From Candidatus Spongiisociaceae bacterium (GTDB lineage: Bacteria > Actinomycetota > Acidimicrobiia > Spongiisociales > Spongiisociaceae), in contig OZ253564.1 in the NCBI GenBank assembly GCA_965262915.1, positions 768,001 through 832,000 on the forward strand: a stretch of 64,000 bases of DNA, read 5' to 3'. The translations under genes were made by a program, and so were the position numbers. A model generated the notes under the pieces. It was not told where the DNA came from. It made no database searches and worked only from the letters and a program-made list of their open reading frames with translations. Below are positions 50,393 to 60,661 of the stretch, piece by piece. The first letter of the stretch is position 1; each line of letters starts with the position of its first letter.

Positions 50393-51415
50393 ATGAGCAC
50401 TCCCCTGCTGGACGTTCGCGATTTGAAGACCGTATTCGGCGCGGGCGACGACGCGGTCACAGCCGTGGACGGGATTTCGTTCAGCCTCGAGGATGGGGAA
50501 AGCCTCGGCATCATCGGTGAGTCCGGGAGCGGCAAGACCGTCACCGCCTTTTCGATACTGCGCCTGGTAAGCAGACCAGGGAGGATCGTTGAGGGTTCGA
50601 TACGCTTTGAGGGAGAGGAACTTCTCACCAAGTCGGCCCGGGAGATCACACGTCTGCGCGGACGGAAGATGAGCATGATTCTCCAAGACCCGATGTCGTC
50701 CTTGAATCCCGTCTTCCGCGTCGGGGACCAGATCGCGGAGGCCGTGCTGCTGGCGGCCGGTGATCAGAGAGGGAGCCGCTCTGAGGCTAGGAAACGCTCA
50801 GAGGAACTCCTCCGGATGGTTCGAATTCCGGAGCCGGTGAGCCGCGCCCGGCAGTATCCGCATCAGATGAGCGGGGGAATGCGCCAACGCGTAGTGAGCG
50901 CCATCGCACTGGCGGGAAACCCGAGGCTCCTGATCGCTGACGAACCGACGACATCCCTCGACGTGACAACGCAACTGCAGTTCCTCGACCTGATCAGGGA
51001 CCTTCACGCCACATTGGGATTCGCTCTTATTTTCATTAGTCACGATCTCGGTATCATCGAACGGGTCTGCAGCGATGTGGCCGTCATGTACGCCGGCCGG
51101 ATAGTGGAAACCGGGTCGACCGACGAAGTCTTCTCCGAACCGGCCCATCCATACACTCGTGGTTTGCTGCGGTCGGCTCCCGACATTTCCAGGCGGTCAA
51201 AGACACTCGATTCGATCAAAGGTCAACCCCCCGATCCCCGGACCTGGCCCGTGGGCTGCCGATTTGCAATGCGCTGTCCTGATCTCATGGACCAGTGCGT
51301 GAAGACCTACCCTCCAGTCATCAACCTCAACCAGGGGCAGAGTGCTGTACACGATGTTGCCTGCTGGCTCCATCAGGTTGAGAAATCTGTTGCGCGTGAC
51401 GGCAGACGGCATTAG
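50393..51415 (+). CDS. Peptide ABC ATP-binding protein (DppD-like)
   Basis: [25 protein letters not shown]. Confidence 0.93.
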   Translation: MSTPLLDVRDLKTVFGAGDDAVTAVDGISFSLEDGESLGIIGESGSGKTVTAFSILRLVSRPGRIVEGSIRFEGEELLTKSAREITRLRGRKMSMILQDPMSSLNPVFRVGDQIAEAVLLAAGDQRGSRSEARKRSEELLRMVRIPEPVSRARQYPHQMSGGMRQRVVSAIALAGNPRLLIADEPTTSLDVTTQLQFLDLIRDLHATLGFALIFISHDLGIIERVCSDVAVMYAGRIVETGSTDEVFSEPAHPYTRGLLRSAPDISRRSKTLDSIKGQPPDPRTWPVGCRFAMRCPDLMDQCVKTYPPVINLNQGQSAVHDVACWLHQVEKSVARDGRRH

Positions 51416-52427
51416 TCCGAGGGTCGCGCCACTAGTCGAGTTCGACGATGTCGCGAAGACCTTTACCGTACGGCGAGGAGCTTTCAGACAGAGCGTCGAG
51501 TCGGTCTACGCGGTGGCCGGAGTATCACTGTCGGTCGGCGTTGGCGAGTCGGTCGGCCTGGTCGGTGAGTCCGGATGCGGGAAGTCCACGCTCGCAAGGA
51601 TGGCATTGAGGCTGCTTGAACCGTCATCCGGAACCCTTCGGTTCAAGGGAACCGACTACGACAGGCTGTCTTCGTCCGAACTCAAGGAGTTTCGCAGCAC
51701 GATCCAGGCTGTCTTCCAAGATCCTTACTCATCGCTGAACCCTCGGATGCGGGTGGTGGACATCATCTCCGAGCCGCTCCGATCGTCACCCGGAATCACG
51801 CGGAGAGTAAGGCATAGTCGGGCCTTGGAGATACTCGATCTGGTCGGACTACCGGCCGTGGCAGCCGAGGGTTATCCCAACCAATTCAGCGGCGGTCAGC
51901 GGCAGCGTATTGCGATTGCCCGTGCGCTAGTGTCGGAGCCGGCCTTGATCGTCCTCGATGAGCCCACATCGAGTCTCGACCTTTCGATTCGGGCGCAGAT
52001 ACTCAACCTGCTCAACAGGCTCCGCGAGGAACTCACGGTTGCGTACCTCGTCATCTCGCATGACCTGTCGATGATCCGACATCTGTGCGACCGGATATCG
52101 GTGATGCACCTAGGTCGCATCGTTGAGACGTCCGTCAGCGAGCATTTCTACAGCAACCTCCAGCATCCGTACGCAAAGGGGCTTCTCGGGTCGCTGCTGA
52201 TTCCTCTAGCAAAAGGAGCCGGACCCCAGGATCCCATACCCGGTGAGCCCCCCAGCGCGGTCAACCCTCCGCCGGGTTGTTCCTTCCATCCTCGCTGCGA
52301 ATGGGCATTTGCCCCCTGCACGACGGACACTCCGGAGTTGTTGTTCCGACGGGGATGCGAGCTTGATCAACTCACAGCGTGTCACTTGTACGAGCCGTCG
52401 GATCTGATCCGAGCCGGGTCAGCGTAG
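51396..52427 (+). CDS. Peptide ABC ATP-binding protein (DppF-like)
   Basis: GESGCGKS, FSGGQRQR, LDEPTSSLD, GCSFHPRC. Confidence 0.92.
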   Translation: MTADGISPRVAPLVEFDDVAKTFTVRRGAFRQSVESVYAVAGVSLSVGVGESVGLVGESGCGKSTLARMALRLLEPSSGTLRFKGTDYDRLSSSELKEFRSTIQAVFQDPYSSLNPRMRVVDIISEPLRSSPGITRRVRHSRALEILDLVGLPAVAAEGYPNQFSGGQRQRIAIARALVSEPALIVLDEPTSSLDLSIRAQILNLLNRLREELTVAYLVISHDLSMIRHLCDRISVMHLGRIVETSVSEHFYSNLQHPYAKGLLGSLLIPLAKGAGPQDPIPGEPPSAVNPPPGCSFHPRCEWAFAPCTTDTPELLFRRGCELDQLTACHLYEPSDLIRAGSA

Positions 52428-52434
52428 TCGAGCC

Positions 52435-53349
52435 ATGACCTTCCTGCTGCGACGCGCGCTCCAGGCGATCGCAACCGTCTTGCTGATGAGCCTTATCGTC
52501 TTCGTGCTCTCACGCGTTACCGGGAGCCCGCTTGACTTCATCCTGAGCCCTCTGGCCACCGAGGAGGAATTCGCCCGGGAGTCAGCGAGGCTTGGACTGG
52601 ACAGACCGATATTGGTCCAGTACTTCACGTTTCTGGGTCAGGTTGTCCAAGGCGATTTCGGCACGTCGATATATTACAAGGAACCGGTGATCTCGATGAT
52701 TACCAGCAGGCTGGGATCGACCGTCTTCTTGGCCTCGACGGCGTTTATCCTCGGAGCCGGACTCGGACTGCCATTCGGCGTAGCGGCAGCTAGCCGTCGC
52801 AGTACGAAGGTGGACACCGGAGCTCGCGCGATGGCATTGCTCGGGCAGTCGGTTCCCACCTTTCTGCTCGGAATCGTATTGATAGAGGTCTTCGCCGTGC
52901 GTTTGGCTTGGCTGCCTACGGGCGGTCGGGATGAACTGGCCACCTTTGTGCTCCCGGGCGCAACTCTTGCTGCGTATGTCTTCGCGGCGATTCTGCGCCT
53001 TACCCGTTCGTCGATGATCGAGGTCCTGTCATCTGACTACATAACCCTGGCCATGATCAAGGGAGCGCCGAGGTGGCGGGTCGTCTGGCACCACGCGCTC
53101 AGGAATGCCTTGATTCCGGTCCTGACTTTCTCTGGACTTCTCCTCGCTCAACTACTCGTTGGGGCGATAGTGGTTGAGACAGTGTTTGCGTGGCCCGGGC
53201 TCGGACGACTGGCTTTCCTGTCAGCGGCCCAGAGGGATTATCCGTTGTTACAAGCCATCGTCGTATTCATTACGGTGGTATTTGTCATGATGAGCTTCAT
53301 CGTGGACGTGCTGTTGACGTTCCTTGATCCACGAGTCAGGGTGTCGTAA
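52435..53349 (+). CDS. Peptide ABC permease (DppB-like)
   Basis: LGLDRP..QY, GDFGTS, HALRNAL, ETVFAWPGLG. Confidence 0.93.
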   Translation: MTFLLRRALQAIATVLLMSLIVFVLSRVTGSPLDFILSPLATEEEFARESARLGLDRPILVQYFTFLGQVVQGDFGTSIYYKEPVISMITSRLGSTVFLASTAFILGAGLGLPFGVAAASRRSTKVDTGARAMALLGQSVPTFLLGIVLIEVFAVRLAWLPTGGRDELATFVLPGATLAAYVFAAILRLTRSSMIEVLSSDYITLAMIKGAPRWRVVWHHALRNALIPVLTFSGLLLAQLLVGAIVVETVFAWPGLGRLAFLSAAQRDYPLLQAIVVFITVVFVMMSFIVDVLLTFLDPRVRVS

Positions 53350-54282
53350 GTGTCGGTCGAGCGATCCCAATCGGGAGGTTTGAACCCCGGGGAGCCGGGT
53401 TCGATTAGCGAGGTGGCTGTCCGCCGGCGCAAACCAATCTTCTCGCAGCTGTTTCGAGGGACGGGCGCGTTCGCCGTCATTATTGTGGGCTTTGTCATTC
53501 TGGCCGGGATCTTCGCTCCCCTCCTAGCACCATTCGAGCCTGAATTCGGGCTGCTGAGGGAGTCGTTGCTTCCTCCTGGATCCGGGGCCCAAGACAGCGC
53601 CTTTCCTTTCCTCTTCGGGACGGATCGATTCGGGCGCGATGTCTTGTCGAGGGTCTTGCATGGCTCACGGGTATCGCTGGCCGTGGCCGGCATGTCGGTA
53701 GCTGTGGCCGGCACCATAGGAACCACGATCGGGATCGTGGCAGGGTACTACGGGGGACTGGTGGACGCCCTATTGATGCGCCTCGCCGATCTTGTTCTGT
53801 CGATGCCGATCATCCTTCTGGCACTGGTACTAGCTGTGCTGGTTGGACCCAGCTTCTTCAATGTCGTACTCATTCTCGGCGTCGTGCTCTGGGCCGAGTA
53901 TGCGCGACAGGCACGAGCCGAAACTCTGGCCATCCGAGAACGCGAGTACGTGCTGTTGGCGCGGGTCGCCGGAATCCGGAAGGCCGCGATCATGTTCCGC
54001 CACATACTCCCCAATATCCTCGACACGCTCCTGGTGCTAGCGACTCTCCAGGTAGCCCGAGTGATCATCATCGAGGCATCGCTCAGCTTCCTGGGTGTGG
54101 GCATCCCGCCGCCTGCGCCTGCGTGGGGGCTCATGGTTTCCGAAGGTCGGGGACTCCTCAAGACGGCTTGGTGGATTTCGCTCTTTCCGGGTCTTGCGAT
54201 AACGATCACAATCCTCGGAATCAACGTTATCGCCGATCGACTCAAGGACATCCTGGACCCTCACGGCAAGGTGACGGTCTAG
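53350..54282 (+). CDS. Peptide ABC permease (DppC-like)
   Basis: FGTDRFGRD, RHILPN, EASLSFLG, PAWG. Confidence 0.93.
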   Translation: MSVERSQSGGLNPGEPGSISEVAVRRRKPIFSQLFRGTGAFAVIIVGFVILAGIFAPLLAPFEPEFGLLRESLLPPGSGAQDSAFPFLFGTDRFGRDVLSRVLHGSRVSLAVAGMSVAVAGTIGTTIGIVAGYYGGLVDALLMRLADLVLSMPIILLALVLAVLVGPSFFNVVLILGVVLWAEYARQARAETLAIREREYVLLARVAGIRKAAIMFRHILPNILDTLLVLATLQVARVIIIEASLSFLGVGIPPPAPAWGLMVSEGRGLLKTAWWISLFPGLAITITILGINVIADRLKDILDPHGKVTV

Positions 54283-54428
54283 GAGGGTGCCGAAAAAGCC
54301 CGTGCAATGGGGTTCGCGGGCAACTGACAACTCTGATACTAGGTGGTTCACCAAGCAGCGAATCCCGTTAGATTGTTCTTCAGCACCCTCCCAGAGCGAC
54401 CGGGTTGCTGGCCGCGGCTACCGGGCTG

Positions 54429-56168
54429 CTAACCCTGAGTCCCTATGTCGAGGCCTTGGGGTCGCTGATCCATCAGAGGAAGTCGCAGGACCGACACGTG
54501 CTCGGCGTCGTGATAGATCGACTGGTTGGCGACTCGTAGCTCGGAATCGGACCAGTAGGGGGCTCCGGTGTTGTGGTTGCGGTCCAGATTGGGAAAGTCT
54601 GAACTCGTGATCATGAGGCGGAGCCGTTGACCGGGACCGACCCGAAGAGCCAGTGACCGCATGTCGATACGGTACAACCGGGGTCCAGCCCCGCCGTACT
54701 CCGAGTCGGCGACCGGGTCCACCAAGCCGGTACGCACGGCTCCGAAGGAGAGGTTTACAGCCAAGCCGTCCTCATGGACCCATACCAGCTTCGCGATGAA
54801 GTCAGTGTCGGGCGCGTCGGTCCCGACCCACAACAACAACTCGACATCGCCTATCAGATACGTTGCCTCGCCAAAGATCGGAGTGTCGTAGACGGCGATA
54901 TCCCTCCTGCTCCGCAATGGAGACTGATCGAGAGGTGCGACCTGCGCGTCCTGTGTGATGATGCTCATGACAGGATCAGCGGGATCGTAGACGTATCGGT
55001 CGGGCGGTTCCTCACCCGGTGGCTGTTCACGGAGTACGCCAGGAGTATCGGGCTCGTTGGCTGATCCCGTCGAGTGGAGGTAGAAATCGAGCGGCGAGGT
55101 ATCGGACAACGGCCAATTGTTTGTGGTGATCCAATGGTTTGACCCGACGAGGAACAGTTGAACGGGACCCTCAGCGAAATGATTGCGGATGCCCTTGATG
55201 GTGAAGTCGAACCAGTCCGCGATCATCTCAACCCACGACCTCTCGGCCTGAGGACCAAAGCTCAAGTCTCCCAACTCCGATCCGAACTCCCAAGGCATAT
55301 GGCTCCATGGACCTATCACCAGACGGTGCCTGCCGGGGTCGACATCTTCGTGCGCGTTCTCCATCAGGCTTGGATAGTGCTTGGCAGTCCTGACTACCCG
55401 GTCCCACCAACCCGTCAGCAGGCAGACGGGGACGTTGACATGTGGATGGGTCCTGTAGAAGTTCCATTGTTCGCCGTTCTCTTCACTGTGCTGCTCGACG
55501 AGGTACGTCTGGAACTGGTCGGTGAGCGGCCCGAATACGTACTCAGGGATGCTTGCTAAGGGGAGTCGCCAGACCCACTTCGTTCCTTCTACGTGTTCCC
55601 AGATCCGTTTCGCCTCGTCCGGGCTGCTGGGCACCGACTCGTCTCCATCGCGGTAGCGGCTGCCGGCGGCCAGCATGTAAACCCAGTGCAGGCGTCGGCC
55701 GGTCTCGAAGATACCTTGCGTGAACTCGGTGGCCCGCGGACTCATACCCCCAGCGAACATCGCCGTCAACGACGGAGGTTGGAGACCGGCCAACTCCCAC
55801 TGGACCCAACTGTCGTAAGAATGTCCAAATGTGCCAACCTGGCCCGTGGTGCGGGGTAGGTGCGCGCACCATTCGACGGTGTCGTAGCCGTCCTGGGCGT
55901 CACTGGTCCATGCCTCCGGACCGAATTGCCAGAAGAACTCCCCTTCGGAATCGAACCGTCCCCGTATATCCTGGGTCACGACCACATATCCACGCTGAAC
56001 AAGTCGACGGGCCGAACGTACGTATCGATCGAACCGCCTTCCGTATGGTGTGCGCAGCATGAGCACCGGATACGAAGCTTTATCATCCGGTCGATAGACA
56101 TCTGCCCGCATCACGGCGCCATCCGTCATCTCCACCGGAACACCGACCTGTTCGATGATCTGTATCAT
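54429..56168 (-). CDS. CocE/NonD-family hydrolase
   Basis: RTPY, QDIRGRF.SEG, nucleophile GHSY, GWWD, GPWSH, SSDFP. Confidence 0.92.
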   Translation of the reverse strand: MIQIIEQVGVPVEMTDGAVMRADVYRPDDKASYPVLMLRTPYGRRFDRYVRSARRLVQRGYVVVTQDIRGRFDSEGEFFWQFGPEAWTSDAQDGYDTVEWCAHLPRTTGQVGTFGHSYDSWVQWELAGLQPPSLTAMFAGGMSPRATEFTQGIFETGRRLHWVYMLAAGSRYRDGDESVPSSPDEAKRIWEHVEGTKWVWRLPLASIPEYVFGPLTDQFQTYLVEQHSEENGEQWNFYRTHPHVNVPVCLLTGWWDRVVRTAKHYPSLMENAHEDVDPGRHRLVIGPWSHMPWEFGSELGDLSFGPQAERSWVEMIADWFDFTIKGIRNHFAEGPVQLFLVGSNHWITTNNWPLSDTSPLDFYLHSTGSANEPDTPGVLREQPPGEEPPDRYVYDPADPVMSIITQDAQVAPLDQSPLRSRRDIAVYDTPIFGEATYLIGDVELLLWVGTDAPDTDFIAKLVWVHEDGLAVNLSFGAVRTGLVDPVADSEYGGAGPRLYRIDMRSLALRVGPGQRLRLMITSSDFPNLDRNHNTGAPYWSDSELRVANQSIYHDAEHVSVLRLPLMDQRPQGLDIGTQG

Positions 56169-56388
56169 CGCATCCTCCACTCCGCCCAGCGATTGTTACA
56201 GGACCAAAGCTGTTTTGTAGTAGTGCAAGCGTAGCGAGCGACCGCTATAGTGAGCAAGCGCCGCGCCGGGTGGTCGGCGCAGAGATTTCGGCGACTGTAG
56301 CTCGGCACGCCATGCCGCTCCTTCCCGAGCTTGTGAGCCAGAACATTGCCGGAATTAGCACGGTACAGAAAGCAGGCGAGGAGAACTG

Positions 56389-57255
56389 ATGGCACCCCGA
56401 TCGATAATCCTCGGCTGCGGTACGCCGATTCCGGACACGAAGCGGTGGGGATCTTCCTTCGTTGTCGATGTCGGCGACTCTTGGATGATGTTCGACTGTG
56501 GCTTCGGGGCGACGCTCAAGCTCTATGAGGCACAGATCGCTGTGACCGATATCGATACCGTGTTCTTGACCCATCACCACTCGGATCATGTCGCCGATTA
56601 CCCGGGGCTTCTCTTGTCACGGTTCGATATGGCCACAGGTCACGAGAACCCGCTCAATGTTTACGGACCGGACAAGACGACTCAACTGACTGAGAGGCTG
56701 ATCGGTCCCGACCGGGGTGCTTTCTGGCCTGACATCGTGGCGAGGACGACTCATCCATTGAGCCTCGGGGCTTACCGACGCCGCGGCGGGGTCCTGCCGC
56801 GCAGACTACCTCAGGTCGAAACATCCGATCTCGAATCGGGTGTTGTCGTCGAAGGGCCCGGGTGGACTGTGCGAACTGCCGAGGTTGAGCACGTTCAACC
56901 TTATTTGGACTCCTTGGCCTATCGGCTGGAGACAAACGCGGGTTCCATGGTCTTCGCCGGTGACACACGTCCATGCTCCGGCTTAACCGAGTTGGCCACT
57001 GATGCGGACATGCTGTTCATGGCTTGTGTCCGTCTCTCCGAGGACATGCGGGAAGACCCAGCGTACGGCGCAGCCCTCTCCGGCAGTCGCGAGGCGGCCC
57101 TAACGGCTGAGGCAGCAGGGGTCAAGCATCTCGTGCTGGTTCACCAACACCCGGCGATGGACTCAGCAGACCAGAAGGACCGAGTGTTGCGGGAAGTTTC
57201 GAGTATCTATGGCGGCAAGGTCACTTGGGGGGAAGAGGGACTCGAGATCCCTTAG
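56389..57255 (+). CDS. MBL-fold metallo-hydrolase (RNase Z/AtsA-like)
   Basis: LGCGTP, FDCG, THHHSDH, FAGDT, LVLVH. Confidence 0.88.
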   Translation: MAPRSIILGCGTPIPDTKRWGSSFVVDVGDSWMMFDCGFGATLKLYEAQIAVTDIDTVFLTHHHSDHVADYPGLLLSRFDMATGHENPLNVYGPDKTTQLTERLIGPDRGAFWPDIVARTTHPLSLGAYRRRGGVLPRRLPQVETSDLESGVVVEGPGWTVRTAEVEHVQPYLDSLAYRLETNAGSMVFAGDTRPCSGLTELATDADMLFMACVRLSEDMREDPAYGAALSGSREAALTAEAAGVKHLVLVHQHPAMDSADQKDRVLREVSSIYGGKVTWGEEGLEIP

Positions 57256-57357
57256 CTTAGGTGAGGAGGATATGGGTTTATCCTCTGGTTTCAATAGTTT
57301 TGGCCCTCCGCATTCTGGTAGGTAAGCCAAAACCAACGTCACCTTTTCCCGTGCCGG

Positions 57358-58010
57358 ATGAAGTCATCTCTGCGCTGGACGCATAGACGCGGTATATCGC
57401 CCACTGACCTGGAATCCGAAACGCTCGACCTCAAATCGGATCGTGGCGACTCCACGAAGACGCTCCGTCAACTCGCCAAAGCAGCAGCTTGCCTGGCGAA
57501 CGGTCGAGGTGGAACCTTGGTTCTCGGCGTCGAGGATGACAGGGAAGGGTCCGAAGCCTTCACCGGTACAGGTGTCGATCTGCTCAAAGCCCGTCGCTAT
57601 ACCTTCGAGACTGTGGATCCGCCGCTCACCGTTTCAGTCGACGCGCCGGACGTAGTTGTCTTCCGCTCGCCCCTGATCAGATAGCTGCACTCCACGCGGA
57701 GCGAGAGGGTCGTGACCCTTCGGAGCAGGCCACCGGGCCATCGGTTGACGAGTTGGACCGGTCGGCGGTGGATCTGGCACGTCGATACCTGGGCCGGCTC
57801 ACCGATGAGCGAGCGCAGTGGGTGAGTCTGTCGGATGCCGAGCTCTCTCAAGCTCTCGGCGTGGCGACTCCGGACGGTGAGTTGCTGATCGCCGGCGAGC
57901 AGTTCTTTTGCGTACGTCGGGTCGAGTTCGTCAGCTACCAGCACAGGGTCAGCGCCGGAAGCCTGCCCGACGCGAGCGAGCGGTTGTCTGTACCCCTGAT
58001 GGTGGCCTAG
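57358..58010 (+). pseudogene. Fragmented Schlafen/AlbA_2-domain gene
   Basis: ESETLDLK...ACLANGRGGTLVLGVED; stop at 57684, second fragment 57753-58010. Confidence 0.7.
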
Positions 58011-58114
58011 TCCTACGCAGGAAGTGTGGAAGGCTAAAACTGGTCTATATAAGGCGACATGACTTCCGGGGTGGGAAACCACGGCATCGCATGAGTTGAT
58101 ACCGAGATGGAGGG

Positions 58115-59614
58115 TCAGCCGCCGAGCGTGAAGTGCATGAACTTCCGAAGGGTCACTGCAAGGGACTGATCGAGCCAGTCGTACAGGCCATCGAGGCGAT
58201 CATCGATATTCTCGTGATGGGAGAACGTGAAGGGTTCCCATGAGGTCTCGACGAAGATGCCGTCGCGTCCCGAGAATTCCTGGCCGCGGATCCGGATTCT
58301 CCCGAACGACGTAATGGCCATCACCCCGGTGTAGGGGCTGGCCACATGGTGGATCGAAGTCACGAACCGGAGGTCCACTCCGTTCACCGACATCCCCAGC
58401 ATCGACCACCACGCTCGGGGTTTGAAGCAGGCGTAGTGCTCGGCTGCCTTTGCCGTCCTGATGATGTCGCGGCGCCACCACCTCTCCCGACGGTCGAAGT
58501 GCATTGGCCGGTCCGTCCACACACGGGCTTCCTGTCCGGCCTCGGCGAACTCCTGGTCGATGTCGACGCAGGCCGGTCGTAGCCAGTCCCATATGTGGTC
58601 GTGAAGCCGGTCGGCGCGCATCCCGGCGTTGGCTCCTGTCTCGATCGCGCGGTCGATCAGATCGAGTTCCTCAGGATCCACCACCTCGGCGAGTAGCCAC
58701 TCCTCCTCCATGGCCATACCCGCGAAGCTGTCGAGAGTCGACTCGTCGAGTTCACGACGGATCGACCGCAGCGCCAGTTCGGTGAACAGCCTGGCGAGCG
58801 GTACCAGGTCTCCGTCGTTGGCCTCGTCCAAGGCCAGGAGATAGGCATCCCGGCGGTTCCGATCGACCACGATCGGCGGATACTGTGCCCTTTCGAGAGG
58901 GAGGGCGGCCAGCGCTCTCGCCACCCGGCCGTTGCCGTCCTGGAAGGGATGGATCTGCGCGAACCGGTGATGCAACCACGCAGCCACGACAACCGGATGT
59001 ACGTCGGTCATCGCCTCGTACAGATCTATCAGGCGCCGTATCTCCGCTTCCACCTGCTCGGGCGGGGCAAAATCGAGCACGGTCCCGTCGGCGCGTCTCA
59101 CCCGGTTAGGAAACCTCTTGAAACTCCCGTGGTCCATCATGACTTGGGCATAACGCCTTGTTGGGTCCGTGAGGAAGCAGAAGGGCTGAGCCCGGGTGAT
59201 CAGGGCATGGAGTTCCCGGATGAAGGAGCAGGTCAGGGGACGACCCGCTCGGGCCAACTCGAAGACCATCTCGAGCCCTTCCTTGTGGGCTCTCAGCATC
59301 CGCAGGACCCCTGGAGGCACTTCCGCGTCCGCTGTGTCGGCCCCTCTGGTGATCCCCTTGATCACCATCACGTCGGTGGTGGGCCTGTCCAGGTCGTACA
59401 GCCCCTCGATGATCCCGGTTTCGATGGCGTGCTTCCGGAGGGTCTGATGGAACGGGTAGGTGGATTCGATCCGACCGAACTCGGTCCGGTGCTCCTGCCA
59501 CGAACGGTGCACGGCGTCCAGGGTGGCCAAGTTGTGTCCCAAGGCCTTCTCCACCGTCCGGTCGAGCGGCTCGATCGGATGCCAGCCTCTACCGCTCATC
59601 GCTACGCTCGACAT
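58115..59614 (-). CDS. Fic family protein with a long C-terminal extension
   Basis: AIETGIIEG and canonical HPFQDGNGRVAR; start at 59614 or 59599. Confidence 0.92.
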   Translation of the reverse strand: MSSVAMSGRGWHPIEPLDRTVEKALGHNLATLDAVHRSWQEHRTEFGRIESTYPFHQTLRKHAIETGIIEGLYDLDRPTTDVMVIKGITRGADTADAEVPPGVLRMLRAHKEGLEMVFELARAGRPLTCSFIRELHALITRAQPFCFLTDPTRRYAQVMMDHGSFKRFPNRVRRADGTVLDFAPPEQVEAEIRRLIDLYEAMTDVHPVVVAAWLHHRFAQIHPFQDGNGRVARALAALPLERAQYPPIVVDRNRRDAYLLALDEANDGDLVPLARLFTELALRSIRRELDESTLDSFAGMAMEEEWLLAEVVDPEELDLIDRAIETGANAGMRADRLHDHIWDWLRPACVDIDQEFAEAGQEARVWTDRPMHFDRRERWWRRDIIRTAKAAEHYACFKPRAWWSMLGMSVNGVDLRFVTSIHHVASPYTGVMAITSFGRIRIRGQEFSGRDGIFVETSWEPFTFSHHENIDDRLDGLYDWLDQSLAVTLRKFMHFTLGG

Positions 59615-59697
59615 CCGGTGTCCTACAGCAGGCCCGTCGACACCACGTCTGACCAGCCGTTTACGCGATCCGCACACCAGCCACCAGTCACCAGCCA

Positions 59698-60447
59698 CTA
59701 CTCCGGAAGAGTCCAGCCGAATTCCCTGACGTAGCCGCTGGAGTCCGCTCCGATCCGGGTGTCGTCCAGCCGTCCGGCTTCCTCGAGGGCTATCTGGATC
59801 GGCACCGGCGTTCCCAGCCTGGTGCTGCCGGCCTCGACCATCTCGATAGCGTCGGCCAGGGTAAGGATGTCGGGCGAGGCGGCCTTGACCTCGATGTGGT
59901 CGGGCAGAGCGGCCCGCATCGCCTTTACCTGCGCCACCGTGCCGCCCCCGTACACCGACAGGCCGGTAGATGTCTTGCCGAAGTCGGCGCCCGACTCGAC
60001 TACCACCCGGCAGGCGTCCTCCAGCTTCCCGGGGATCTGCTCCATCTCCGGGGACTCGATGATTGCCTTGGTGATGACAGCCGGGTTCTCGGACTTGGCC
60101 GCCTCCACCACCGCTGCCGCGTCACGGATGGCGGCGTCGAGGTCACCGTAGAGGATCGCCGACCATGCGGCCAGGAAGTCGATCTCGATGGCACCCGACG
60201 CCACGCATTCCTTTGTCGCGGCCACCTTGGCTGCGGTTCCTTCCAGCCCGATCGGCATGCTGACTATCCCGGAGGTTGCGACCCGGTCGCCCATCCGCCT
60301 CGCCACCCGCTCGACCCACCAGGGATACACGCAGAAGGCGGCAACGCCCAGCTCGACGCACTCGTCGGCCATCCGGTCGAGCGTGTCGGGCCCGGCCCTC
60401 GGATCAATGCACACCTGGTCCAGCATCTCGGTGATTCGCCTAGTCAA
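59698..60447 (-). CDS. deoC: Deoxyribose-phosphate aldolase (divergent)
   Basis: CVYP, PIG, GAIEID, KAIIE, GADFGKTSTG, VKAA, RLGT. Confidence 0.82.
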   Translation of the reverse strand: MTRRITEMLDQVCIDPRAGPDTLDRMADECVELGVAAFCVYPWWVERVARRMGDRVATSGIVSMPIGLEGTAAKVAATKECVASGAIEIDFLAAWSAILYGDLDAAIRDAAAVVEAAKSENPAVITKAIIESPEMEQIPGKLEDACRVVVESGADFGKTSTGLSVYGGGTVAQVKAMRAALPDHIEVKAASPDILTLADAIEMVEAGSTRLGTPVPIQIALEEAGRLDDTRIGADSSGYVREFGWTLPE

Positions 60448-60570
60448 CGCATTCTCCTCTCGCCGTCCTTAGAGAGAAACTACCCGATCCTCGGAAATCA
60501 CGTAGCGCCGTTTCCGATCCGGTCTGCGTTCTGGGCCGAAAGAGCGACCGAACAACGAAACCGCAACGGG

Positions 60571-60654
60571 CACCCGGCACCCGGCACCCGGCACCCGACA
60601 CCCGACACCCGACACCCGACACCCGACACCCGACACCTAACACCTAACACCTGA
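60571..60654. repeat. Intergenic heptamer tandem array, 12 units
   Basis: (CACCCGG)3(CACCCGA)6(CACCTAA)2(CACCTGA). Confidence 0.95.
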
Positions 60655-60661
60655 CCCCCGG

